Shown here piece after piece: positions 28,185-36,985 of a stretch of DNA of 64,000 nucleotides. This DNA is from Clostridia bacterium (lineage in GTDB: Bacteria; Bacillota; Clostridia; UMGS1883): NCBI GenBank assembly GCA_017440585.1, contig JAFSGW010000099.1:42436-106435 (forward strand). Reading direction: 5' to 3'. How positions within the stretch are numbered: position 1 is the first letter of the stretch; the number at the start of each line of letters is the position of its first letter. The translations under genes and the position numbers were made by a program. The notes beneath the pieces are model-generated. The model saw only the letters and a program-made list of their open reading frames with translations. It did not search any database and had not been told where the DNA came from.

Positions 28185-28213
28185 AAAAAAGGCGGTCACT
28201 GACCGCCTTTTTT
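28185..28213. terminator. Bidirectional terminator; third copy (R3) of the R1/R2 hairpin
   Basis: aaaaaaggcggtc-act-gaccgccttttttt. Confidence 0.85.
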
Positions 28214-28351
28214 GCGATATGTGGCGTTGCCACGCGATATATTTCACTTTGTGAAATGCGATATAACAAAAGGAACGCTTCGCGTTCCTTCTGTTGCGAT
28301 ATGACAGAAAACGTGTTTTCTGTCGTGAGGTAAAATGCTTTGCATTTTACC
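28214..28351 (-). repeat. GCGATAT hairpin-chain element, half copy
   Basis: GCGATAT at 28214, 28234, 28258, 28296, each followed by a hairpin (gtggc/gccac, atttcac/gtgaaat, aaggaacgc/gcgttcctt, gacagaaaac/gttttctgtc). Confidence 0.88.
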
Positions 28352-29405
28352 TGCCTGCAGATATTCTTACATTTTTCTGGTGGGTTGCATTAACCTTGCC
28401 GTCATTATGACGGATGGAATTTAAAAAGTGGATGTCGAATACGCCATGGGCATTATTGCCCTTTACCCAGTCATAATTATAGCCTGCACCATAGTCATCA
28501 CTTCGCCAGCTTGTCCACACTCCGCCGGGGGCACCGTCGTTACCTGCGTGGAGCTTACTTGTGGCAGATGCAGCAATTTTTCTGCCGTTATATATTATTA
28601 TAACGGGACGGCTCGTCCAGTTCTGACCGCCGAAAATTGAGTTCATTTTGCTTGTATCGGAGGCTGTCAGGGGCTCACAGTCGGCATGACCTGAGCCGGT
28701 GGTACGCTTTGCCTTAAACGTCTGCCCGGTATAGTAGTCCTGCACGGTAAAGGTTGCCCCTACGGGGATAACGTACTGTGCGGCGTTCCACCAGTCAAGG
28801 TATTCGCCGTATTTTGCACCGGGAGTGGATGTTACGGGCACGTGGTGCACGGGGATGGTAAGCTTTTTGCCTGCATAAATGGAAGAATTTTCATTAAGTC
28901 CGTTTACCTCTAAAAGCTCGCTCATGGGTATGCCGAAATTGTTGGCAATGTTCCAGTAGGTGTCGCCTGATTTAACCGTATACGTAGTGTAGGTTATGTA
29001 CGGCTTTGTTGAAGCGGAGGAGCCGGAGCTTGAGCCTGACGACGGGGATGAAGGGATTACAACCTTATCGCCGATTTCAAGCCACGAGGAGGTTGTGGCA
29101 TTGTTTGCCTTTAAAAGTGTGTTGAAGTCAACGCCGTACCATTGTGAAATGAGCCAATAAGTATCGCCTTTTTTTACCGTATGGATTTTCTCCGTTGGCA
29201 CATATACAACATCACCTATTTCAAGCCATGAAGAGGTGGTGGCGTTGTTTGCCTTTAAAAGTGTGTTGAAGTCAACACCGTACTGCTTTGAAATTGTCCA
29301 GTAGGTGTCGCCCTTTACTACCGTGTGGTTTGCCGCCTGCACAGGCGTGGACAAAGTTAGTGTGGCAAGTGAAATTGCCATTAGGTTTTTGATTTTCATA
29401 AGCAT
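28347..29405 (-). CDS. Secreted protein with three LysM domains
   Basis: Signal peptide; HTVVKGDTYW, HTVKKGDTYW, YTVKSGDTYW; C-terminal HADCEPLT..GVFDIHF domain. Confidence 0.9.
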   Translation of the reverse strand: MLMKIKNLMAISLATLTLSTPVQAANHTVVKGDTYWTISKQYGVDFNTLLKANNATTSSWLEIGDVVYVPTEKIHTVKKGDTYWLISQWYGVDFNTLLKANNATTSSWLEIGDKVVIPSSPSSGSSSGSSASTKPYITYTTYTVKSGDTYWNIANNFGIPMSELLEVNGLNENSSIYAGKKLTIPVHHVPVTSTPGAKYGEYLDWWNAAQYVIPVGATFTVQDYYTGQTFKAKRTTGSGHADCEPLTASDTSKMNSIFGGQNWTSRPVIIIYNGRKIAASATSKLHAGNDGAPGGVWTSWRSDDYGAGYNYDWVKGNNAHGVFDIHFLNSIRHNDGKVNATHQKNVRISAGR

Positions 29406-29413
29406 TCTCCTTT

Positions 29414-29558
29414 TTTACTTTGATTGGGTAACTGCAACGATTTTATAAGGTGTCGGGACACGCCTGCTTCGCTAAAATAAATTAAGCACAAGCAAAGTGG
29501 TCTAATCGTGGGTCAGGCATGTCCCGCAACGTGGGCTTTAGGTAAGTTCGTGGTCACC
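29414..29558 (-). repeat. Structured leader-like element, copy 1 (upstream of LysM gene)
   Basis: On - strand: tgaccacg-N13-cccac-N5-gggaca-[59 nt]-tgtccc..accttataaaatcgttgcagttacccaatcaaagtaaa; homologous to 31966-32112. Confidence 0.85.
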
Positions 29559-29646
29559 TTGCTGAAAAAGCGTTGCTTTCCCACGCTTTTTATTTTCGGC
29601 AAAAAAGCGGAATATCTTTTATGTAAATATTGGCTATGCTCATTTC

Positions 29647-29674
29647 TTGACAAAAAAACTGATAGTGATATAAT
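29647..29674 (+). promoter_or_regulatory. Sigma-A promoter of hydG
   Basis: TTGACA-16-TATAAT with TGn. Confidence 0.75.
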
Positions 29675-29694
29675 GAAGAGAGGAGATGATGATT

Positions 29695-31119
29695 ATGTTT
29701 AAATACGATGTTAAGTCCTCAAAAGCAGAGGAATTTATAAACCACGGGGAAATACTTGAAACACTGGAATATGCGAAAAACAATAAGGACAATAAGGAGC
29801 TTATTGACTCCATCATTAAAAAAGCAGAAGAAATGAAAGGCATTACCCACCGTGAAGCAGCGGTTTTACTGGAATGTGAAATTGACGAGGCAAACGAAAG
29901 GGTTTATTCTTTAGCAAAAAAAATCAAGGATAAATTTTACGGCAACCGCATAGTTATGTTTGCACCCCTTTATTTATCCAACTACTGTGTTAACGGCTGT
30001 GTGTACTGCCCTTATCACAGACAGAATAAAACTATCCCCCGTAAGAAGCTCACTCAGGAGGAAATAGTAGCCGAGGTTATGGCACTTCAGGACATGGGTC
30101 ATAAACGCCTTGCCTTAGAGGCAGGGGAGGACCCTGTGCATAACCCTCTTGAATATATTTTGGAGTGTATTGAAACCATTTACTCCATCAAGCACAAAAA
30201 CGGTGCAATCCGCCGTGTTAACGTAAACATTGCGGCAACAAGCGTTGAAAACTACAAAAAGCTGAAGGATGCAGGCATAGGCACATACATCCTTTTCCAG
30301 GAAACCTATAACAAGGAAAACTACGAAGCCCTTCATCCCACAGGTCCCAAGAGCAACTATGCTTACCACACCGAGGCTATGGACAGAGCCATGGACGGTG
30401 GTATTGACGATGTGGGCTTAGGCGTGCTTTTCGGTCTTAACCTTTATCGCTATGACCTTGTTGGTCTTCTTATGCATGCAGAGCACCTTGAGGCGGCAAA
30501 GGGTGTTGGTCCCCACACAATAAGTGTGCCCCGTATCTGCCCTGCAGACGATATCGACGTTAACGACTTCTCCAATGCAATTTCCAACGAAATTTTTGAA
30601 AAAATCGTTGCAATAATCCGTATTGCAGTGCCCTATACAGGTATGATTATTTCCACCCGTGAAAGTAAAGAGGTACGTGAAAGAGTGCTTCAGCTTGGCG
30701 TAACCCAGCTCTCCGGCGGCAGCCGTACTTCTGTGGGCGGTTATACAGAGCCTGAGTATATCGACGAATCAACAAGTCAGTTTGACCTCTCTGACAGAAG
30801 AACCCTTGACGAGGTTGTTTCCTGGCTTATCGATATGGATCAGGTGCCCTCATTCTGTACTGCCTGCTACCGTGAAGGCAGAACGGGCGACAGGTTTATG
30901 AGCCTTTTGAAGTCGGGGCAGATAATTAACTGCTGTCATCCCAATGCACTTATGACCTTGAAGGAATACCTTATAGACTATGCAAGCGAGGAAACAAGGG
31001 TAAAGGGCGAGGCAATTATTGCCCGTGAAATAGAAAAAATCACTAACGAAAAGGTTAAGGAAAGAGCAAAGCAGAACCTTTTGGACATCGAAAACGGAAC
31101 AAGAGACTTCAGGTTTTAA
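29695..31119 (+). CDS. hydG: [FeFe]-hydrogenase H-cluster radical SAM maturase HydG
   Basis: [33 protein letters not shown]-terminal [11 protein letters not shown] second cluster motif. Confidence 0.95.
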   Translation: MFKYDVKSSKAEEFINHGEILETLEYAKNNKDNKELIDSIIKKAEEMKGITHREAAVLLECEIDEANERVYSLAKKIKDKFYGNRIVMFAPLYLSNYCVNGCVYCPYHRQNKTIPRKKLTQEEIVAEVMALQDMGHKRLALEAGEDPVHNPLEYILECIETIYSIKHKNGAIRRVNVNIAATSVENYKKLKDAGIGTYILFQETYNKENYEALHPTGPKSNYAYHTEAMDRAMDGGIDDVGLGVLFGLNLYRYDLVGLLMHAEHLEAAKGVGPHTISVPRICPADDIDVNDFSNAISNEIFEKIVAIIRIAVPYTGMIISTRESKEVRERVLQLGVTQLSGGSRTSVGGYTEPEYIDESTSQFDLSDRRTLDEVVSWLIDMDQVPSFCTACYREGRTGDRFMSLLKSGQIINCCHPNALMTLKEYLIDYASEETRVKGEAIIAREIEKITNEKVKERAKQNLLDIENGTRDFRF

Positions 31120-31125
31120 TAGTGC

Positions 31126-31158
31126 AAAAGAGAAGGTTGAAAAATCTTCTCTTTTTTT
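31126..31158 (+). terminator. Rho-independent terminator
   Basis: aaaagagaaggtt...aatcttctcttttttt. Confidence 0.75.
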
Positions 31159-31252
31159 GCATAAATTTATAAAAACCCCTTTTCAAAATGCTATTTATTT
31201 GGTACAATTATTATATATAACTATGCGAAAATTTTTAAGAGGAGAGATAGAT

Positions 31253-31960
31253 ATGCAACCTAAGTACAAAAGAATTCTTCTGAAGGTTTCCGGCGAAGCC
31301 CTGGCAGGGGATAAGGGCTTTGGTCTTGACCAGCCTACCATCGATGCAATCTGTGCGGAAATTAAAAGATGTGCCGAAACAGGCGTTGAAATTGCCGTTG
31401 TTGTAGGCGGCGGTAACTTCTGGAGAGGCAGAACAGGCGAAAACATGGACCGCTCCCGTGCCGACCACATGGGCATGCTTGCAACTGTTATAAACTCTCT
31501 GGCTCTTTGCTCCGCTTTAGAGGCTATGGACGTTACAACACGTGTGCAGACAGCTATCGAAATGCGTGCAATTGCCGAGCCCTACATAAGAGGTAAGGCT
31601 AACAGCCACCTTAACCGTGGCAGGGTTGTTATTTTCGGCTGTGGTACAGGTAACCCCTTCTTCTCCACAGACACGGCAGCAGCCCTCCGTGCTGCTGAAA
31701 TCAATGCAGATGTAATTCTTCTTGCAAAGAAGGTTGACGGTGTTTACGATTCTGACCCTGCTGTTAACCCCGATGCAAAGAAGTTTGACCAGTTAACCTT
31801 CTCCGAGGTTTTAGCAAGAGACTTGAAGGTTATGGACTCTACAGCAACAGCTCTTTGCCGTGACAACAAAATGCCTATTCAGGTATTCGGCTTAGACGAC
31901 CCTGAAAACATTTACAGAGCTGTTATGGGTGAACCCATCGGCACATTGGTAACCGAATAA
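31253..31960 (+). CDS. pyrH: UMP kinase
   Basis: [36 protein letters not shown]. Confidence 0.97.
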   Translation: MQPKYKRILLKVSGEALAGDKGFGLDQPTIDAICAEIKRCAETGVEIAVVVGGGNFWRGRTGENMDRSRADHMGMLATVINSLALCSALEAMDVTTRVQTAIEMRAIAEPYIRGKANSHLNRGRVVIFGCGTGNPFFSTDTAAALRAAEINADVILLAKKVDGVYDSDPAVNPDAKKFDQLTFSEVLARDLKVMDSTATALCRDNKMPIQVFGLDDPENIYRAVMGEPIGTLVTE

Positions 31961-31965
31961 TTGGA

Positions 31966-32112
31966 TGACCACGCTTTTTACTGCAACCCACAACGTGGGA
32001 CAGTGGGTGAAAAGATATCCGCAGATATCCTTTTTGAAGCCGTCGCCCGACTTCAAAAAGCAGCCCTGTCCCCGTACCTTATAAAATGTTGCAGTTACCT
32101 AATCAAAGTAAA
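31966..32112 (+). repeat. Structured leader-like element, copy 2 (pyrH-frr spacer)
   Basis: tgaccacg-N13-cccac-N5-gggaca-[64 nt]-tgtccc..accttataaaatgttgcagttacctaatcaaagtaaa. Confidence 0.85.
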
Positions 32113-32139
32113 CTGATATAAAGAAAGGAATAAATTATC

Positions 32140-32682
32140 ATGAAAGAAATTAGCGCAAGAATGGATAAAACCATTGCTTATTACAAGGACGATTTAAACA
32201 CAATCAGAGTAGGCAGAGCAAATGCTGCAGTGCTTGACAAAATTGCAGTTGACTACTACGGCACGATGACACCTGTTGCACAGGTTGGTACAATTTCCAC
32301 TCCCGACCCCAGAACTCTTATGATTCAGCCCTGGGACGGAAGCCTTCTCAAGGCTATTGAAAAGGCAATACTTGCAAGTGAATTAGGCATTAACCCCCAG
32401 AACGACGGTAAGGTTATCCGCCTTAACTTCCCCCAGCTTACAGAGGAAAGACGTAAAGAGCTTTCTAAGACAGTTTCCAAGAAGAGCGAGGAAGCAAAGG
32501 TAAGCGTTCGTAACATCCGCCGTGATGCTATGGATGAATACAAGGCATTAAAGAAGAAGAACGAAATTACAGAGGATGACCTCAAGAGTGCAGAAAAGGA
32601 TATCCAGGATCTTACCGATATGAAGATCAAGGAAATCGATTCTATTACAGAAAAGAAGCAGAAGGAAATTATGTCCATATGA
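32140..32682 (+). CDS. frr: Ribosome recycling factor
   Basis: IRVGRAN, DYYG, LTEERRKEL, VRNIRRD. Confidence 0.97.
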   Translation: MKEISARMDKTIAYYKDDLNTIRVGRANAAVLDKIAVDYYGTMTPVAQVGTISTPDPRTLMIQPWDGSLLKAIEKAILASELGINPQNDGKVIRLNFPQLTEERRKELSKTVSKKSEEAKVSVRNIRRDAMDEYKALKKKNEITEDDLKSAEKDIQDLTDMKIKEIDSITEKKQKEIMSI

Positions 32683-33431
32683 AAATAAAGGACTTTTTCC
32701 GAAGGAAATCCTTAGAGCAAAAAGTGGACTTTGATAACTTACCCAAGCATATCGGAATTATTATGGACGGAAACGGCAGATGGGCGAAAAAACGCGGTCT
32801 GCCCCGTACCTCCGGTCACGCTGTTGGGGCAAAAACATTTGAGCGAATAGTTGAATATGCAGGTAACATAGGCGTAAAGGTTGTTACAGTGTACGCATTT
32901 TCAACAGAGAACTGGAGAAGACCTAAAGAAGAGGTCGATGCACTCATGGCGATTTTAGAGGACTATCTTGACCATGGCTTACAGCGCCTGGCAGGCAGAG
33001 ATGTTCAGATTCACTTTATTGGTGACAGAAGTGCTTTTTCTCCCGAGTTCCGTGAAAAACAGCTCTACATGGAAAAGGCCACTGAAAAAAACAGTGGTCT
33101 TTTGCTTAATGTTGCCCTCAATTACGGCGGACGTGACGAGGTTATAAAGGCGGTAAGAGAAATTGCCGCACTGGTTAAGGAAGGCAAAATGCAAGTTGAG
33201 GATATTTCAGAAAGTGACATTTCAGAAAGAACCTATACCGCATCCCAGCCCGACCCCGACCTTATTATCCGTCCTTCGGGTGAGTATCGTTTAAGTAACT
33301 TTTTCCTTTGGCAAGGTGCATACAGTGAGCTTTGGTTCTCAAACATACTGTGGCCCGATTTTTCAAATGAAGACCTGCTTCAGGCAATTTATGATTATCA
33401 ACAGCGCACCCGCCGTTTCGGTGGTGTATAA
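32679..33431 (+). CDS. uppS: Undecaprenyl diphosphate synthase
   Basis: HIGIIMDGNGRWA, YAFSTENW, RPSGEYRLSNF, RRFGG. Confidence 0.97.
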   Translation: MKIKDFFRRKSLEQKVDFDNLPKHIGIIMDGNGRWAKKRGLPRTSGHAVGAKTFERIVEYAGNIGVKVVTVYAFSTENWRRPKEEVDALMAILEDYLDHGLQRLAGRDVQIHFIGDRSAFSPEFREKQLYMEKATEKNSGLLLNVALNYGGRDEVIKAVREIAALVKEGKMQVEDISESDISERTYTASQPDPDLIIRPSGEYRLSNFFLWQGAYSELWFSNILWPDFSNEDLLQAIYDYQQRTRRFGGV

Positions 33432-33450
33432 GCGTTAGATTGGAGATAAC

Positions 33451-34275
33451 ATGAAAACAAGACTTATTACATCATTTGTAGGAGCAATAGTGTTCTTTAT
33501 TGTGCTTCTTACGCCTCCTGTTGTGTTTCAGCTTGCAACAGTTATTGTTACGGGCATAGCAATGTATGAAATTTATTCCGTTACGGGTATTGCAAAAAAA
33601 CTGCCTCTGGCACTTTCGGGCTGCTTCGGCATTGCCTTTGGTGCCCTTTTGGGCTGTATGCATCTTAACGACAAGCTGGTTACATACGATGTGTGCCTGC
33701 TCTGGCTTTCAATTTATATTGCATACATGTTTGCACTTATGGTTTTTGACCACGAAAACGTAAAGCTTCAGGATGCGTCCATGGCGTTTTTCGTTTCCAT
33801 ATTTGTGGCAGTTTTATTCTCCTACCTTATTCCTCTCCGTGAGGCAGAAAACGGCATATTTATTATCATTGCCCTTTTTGTGGGCACATGGTGCAGTGAC
33901 AGCGGTGCATACTTTATCGGTGTACGCTTCGGCAAGCACAAGATGGCTCCCGTTTTAAGCCCAAAAAAATCCTGGGAAGGCTTTTTCGGCGGTATTCTGG
34001 GCAGTGTTGTGGGCATGCTTATTTATATGGCAGTGCTTAACCTTGTGTTGAAAATAGAGTGTAACGGGCCTGCTTTGATACTTACAGCTGTAGGCTGTGC
34101 AATTTTAGGCCCCGTTTCCGACATTGCCACAAGTGCAATAAAGAGAGAATTCGGCGTGAAGGACTATGGCACACTTTTCCCCGGTCACGGGGGCATACTT
34201 GATAGGTTTGACAGCGTGCTTTTAACAACTCCCTTTGTTTATTTTATAAGTCAGGTATTTGAGCTTGTTGGGTGA
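33451..34275 (+). CDS. cdsA: Phosphatidate cytidylyltransferase
   Basis: SPKKSWEG, KDYGTLFPGHGGILDRFDS. Confidence 0.95.
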   Translation: MKTRLITSFVGAIVFFIVLLTPPVVFQLATVIVTGIAMYEIYSVTGIAKKLPLALSGCFGIAFGALLGCMHLNDKLVTYDVCLLWLSIYIAYMFALMVFDHENVKLQDASMAFFVSIFVAVLFSYLIPLREAENGIFIIIALFVGTWCSDSGAYFIGVRFGKHKMAPVLSPKKSWEGFFGGILGSVVGMLIYMAVLNLVLKIECNGPALILTAVGCAILGPVSDIATSAIKREFGVKDYGTLFPGHGGILDRFDSVLLTTPFVYFISQVFELVG

Positions 34276-34280
34276 TTGAA

Positions 34281-35420
34281 ATGAAGAATATTTCTATTTT
34301 AGGTTCAACAGGGTCTATAGGCACACAGAGCTTAGATGTTTGTGACAAGGACCCTTCATTAAAGGTTGCCGCACTTACGGCATACAAAAACACAGATTTA
34401 CTTGAAGAGCAGATAAGAAAATATAAGCCGAAATTTGCTGCAATGTATGACGAAGCCTCTGCAGCTGATTTAAAGGTGCGTGTTGCAGACACAGACACCG
34501 TGGTTTTAAGCGGCGAAGAGGGCGTGTGCGAATGTGCACGTCAAGGCGAAATGGCAGTTACTGCCATAGTTGGCATTGCAGGCTTACGCCCCACCCTTGC
34601 GGCAATTGAATCAGGGTGCGACATTGCCCTTTCCAATAAGGAAACCCTTGTTACAGCAGGGGAATATGTAATGGGCTATGCCAAAGAAAAAAACGTTAAG
34701 ATTGTGCCCGTTGACAGTGAGCACAGTGCAATTTTTCAGTCCATTGCCGATCAGGGCAAGTTTCTGGAAAAAATAATTATAACAGCCTCGGGCGGCCCCT
34801 TCTTCGGCAAAAAGAAGGAGGAGCTCGTAAACGTTACAGCTGCTGATGCCCTTAAGCATCCCAACTGGTCAATGGGTGCAAAAATAACCATCGACAGCTC
34901 AACTCTGGTTAACAAGGGTCTTGAAATTATCGAAGCAATGCACCTTTTTGGAGTAAGCGTGGATAACATCATCCCCGTTGTGCACCGTCAGAGCATTGTG
35001 CACTCTCTGGTGGAATTCTGCGATGGCTCTGTAATAGGTCAGTTCGGTGTGCCCGACATGAAGCTTCCCATTTCCTATGCTCTTCATTATCCTGAAAGAA
35101 GCATAAAGGTTTCAGAAAAGCTTGACCTGGCAAAAATCGGCACACTTACCTTTTGTGAAATTGACCACGAGGCGTTCCCTGCAGTTAATATGGCAAAGTG
35201 GGCTGCAAAGCAGGGCGGAAGCATGCCTGCCGTGTTTAACGGTGCAAACGAAGAGGCAGTTGCAATGTTTCTTAAGGGCGAATGCCGTTTTGGTGACATT
35301 ACAGAGTATATTTCCTATGCTATGGATAAACATACTGTAGTGAGAGATACTTCCATTGAAGCCATTGAAGAGGCGGACAGATTTGCCCGCAGAATGGTAA
35401 GGGAAGCGGCAGGCAAATAA
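34281..35420 (+). CDS. dxr: 1-deoxy-D-xylulose 5-phosphate reductoisomerase
   Basis: LGSTGSIG, PVDSEHSAIFQ, HPNWSMGAKITIDS. Confidence 0.97.
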   Translation: MKNISILGSTGSIGTQSLDVCDKDPSLKVAALTAYKNTDLLEEQIRKYKPKFAAMYDEASAADLKVRVADTDTVVLSGEEGVCECARQGEMAVTAIVGIAGLRPTLAAIESGCDIALSNKETLVTAGEYVMGYAKEKNVKIVPVDSEHSAIFQSIADQGKFLEKIIITASGGPFFGKKKEELVNVTAADALKHPNWSMGAKITIDSSTLVNKGLEIIEAMHLFGVSVDNIIPVVHRQSIVHSLVEFCDGSVIGQFGVPDMKLPISYALHYPERSIKVSEKLDLAKIGTLTFCEIDHEAFPAVNMAKWAAKQGGSMPAVFNGANEEAVAMFLKGECRFGDITEYISYAMDKHTVVRDTSIEAIEEADRFARRMVREAAGK

Positions 35421-35436
35421 TTTTCGGAGGTATTTT

Positions 35437-36453
35437 ATGGGCTTTTCCATAGTTGTAACAGTTATAGCTTTTGGGATAATGGTAATGCTCCACGAGCTGG
35501 GGCATTTCCTTACTGCAAAAAAATTCGGTGTTACCGTCCACGAGTTTTCCATTGGCATGGGTCCGCTCATTTTTAAATGGGGCAAGGGCGAAACACAGTA
35601 TTCCATACGCCTTCTGCCTTTTGGCGGATATGTCAAGCTTGAGGGCGAGGGCGATGAAAGCGACGACCCGAGAGCATTTTCAAATATTTCACCAATAAAG
35701 CGTATATGCATCCTTGTGGCAGGAGCTGTAATGAACATTCTTTTAGGCTTTCTGTGCTTTGTTGTTATAAATAACACATACCCCAGGGTGCAGGTGCCCG
35801 TTATAAGCGAAATTATCCCTGACTCTGCCGCAGAAGAGGCAGGGCTTATGGTGGGGGATGAAATCGTAAAGCTTAATAATACCCACGTTGCCACACAAAG
35901 TGACGTTGCCCTTTTTATGATGGATAACGGCCTTGATGAGGTTATCATAACCTATATCCGTCAGGGGGAAAAGCATAAGGCTACCGTTTACCCTGTTGAG
36001 CAGCTTATAGGCTTTAAGTCAAGCATTAAGGAATTGAGTTTTTGGGAAACCGTGGAGTATTCCTTCTATGACACACGCTACGTTGTGAAGGCAGTAATGG
36101 TTTCCATAAAAATGATGCTTACGGGAGAGGCTAAGGTCAGCGACATGTCGGGACCTGTTGGTGTTGTGCAGGTAGTGGGGGATGCTGCCGAAAGTGCAAG
36201 CCCCTATGGGCTTCTGGCAGTTGTAATGCAGCTTTTAATGCTTTTTGCAATGATAAGCGTAAATTTAGGCGTATTTAACCTTTTACCTTTTCCCGGTCTT
36301 GACGGCGGAAGCATTATATTTGCATTTATTGAATTAATAACACGGAAAAAACTGAAGCCGGAGGTGCTGGGTGTTATAAACCTGGCAGGGCTTGTGCTTT
36401 TACTGGGGCTTGGTATTTTTATCATGTTCTCGGATATAACGAAATTACTATAG
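35437..36453 (+). CDS. rseP: Site-2 (RIP) metalloprotease with PDZ domain
   Basis: HELGH, GGYV, NLLPFPGLDGG. Confidence 0.93.
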   Translation: MGFSIVVTVIAFGIMVMLHELGHFLTAKKFGVTVHEFSIGMGPLIFKWGKGETQYSIRLLPFGGYVKLEGEGDESDDPRAFSNISPIKRICILVAGAVMNILLGFLCFVVINNTYPRVQVPVISEIIPDSAAEEAGLMVGDEIVKLNNTHVATQSDVALFMMDNGLDEVIITYIRQGEKHKATVYPVEQLIGFKSSIKELSFWETVEYSFYDTRYVVKAVMVSIKMMLTGEAKVSDMSGPVGVVQVVGDAAESASPYGLLAVVMQLLMLFAMISVNLGVFNLLPFPGLDGGSIIFAFIELITRKKLKPEVLGVINLAGLVLLLGLGIFIMFSDITKLL

Positions 36454-36469
36454 AAATGAGGCTTATAAC

Positions 36470-36892
36470 ATGAGCAGAAAATCGGCAAGAGAAAATGCAT
36501 TCAAAATTATTTACAATTGCGCTCTTATGAAGGAGCCTCCTCACGATATGTGTGAATATTTTGAGGAAACCATGAAGGACGAAATGTGGGCAGAGGCATC
36601 CATGGACAAAAAGGACATGGAATATATGCGCTCCGTTGTTTTCGGTGCAGCTGAAAAGAAAAACGAGCTTAACGAAAAAATTGCACCCCTTCTTAAAAAG
36701 TGGGACGTTGCCCGTCTTCCCAAGGTGAGCCTTGCAATACTTCAGCTTGCCATCTACGAAATCGAAGAGGTTGACGACGTGCCCGACCGTGTGGCCGTAA
36801 ACGAAGCCATTGAGCTTGCGAAAACTTACGGTGAGGACGATACTTATAAGTTTATAAATGGCGTATTGGCAGAATATTTAAAGAATAAATGA
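36470..36892 (+). CDS. nusB: Transcription antitermination factor NusB
   Basis: RKSARE, VAVNEAIELAKTYG, FINGVL. Confidence 0.95.
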   Translation: MSRKSARENAFKIIYNCALMKEPPHDMCEYFEETMKDEMWAEASMDKKDMEYMRSVVFGAAEKKNELNEKIAPLLKKWDVARLPKVSLAILQLAIYEIEEVDDVPDRVAVNEAIELAKTYGEDDTYKFINGVLAEYLKNK

Positions 36893-36946
36893 GCAATTAG
36901 TAATTAGCAATGAGCAATTAAGGTGGAATTTTGCCATGCAAAATTC
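36888..36946 (+). repeat. Heptamer tract plus GAATTTTGC hairpin
   Basis: aatgagc-aattagt-aattagc-aatgagc-aattaaggtg-gaattttgc-cat-gcaaaattc; supplies nusB TGA stop. Confidence 0.85.
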
Positions 36947-36985
36947 GATTGTAATACTTGTGCTACGGCGAAGAGGTGGTCAATA

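Noticed and set aside
29060-29330. Near-identical DNA repeat inside the LysM gene
   Set aside because: Explained by duplication of LysM domains 1 and 2
29406-29640. c-di-AMP or c-di-GMP riboswitch before the LysM gene
   Set aside because: Consensus motifs not seen; the region is instead explained by the repeat shared with the frr leader
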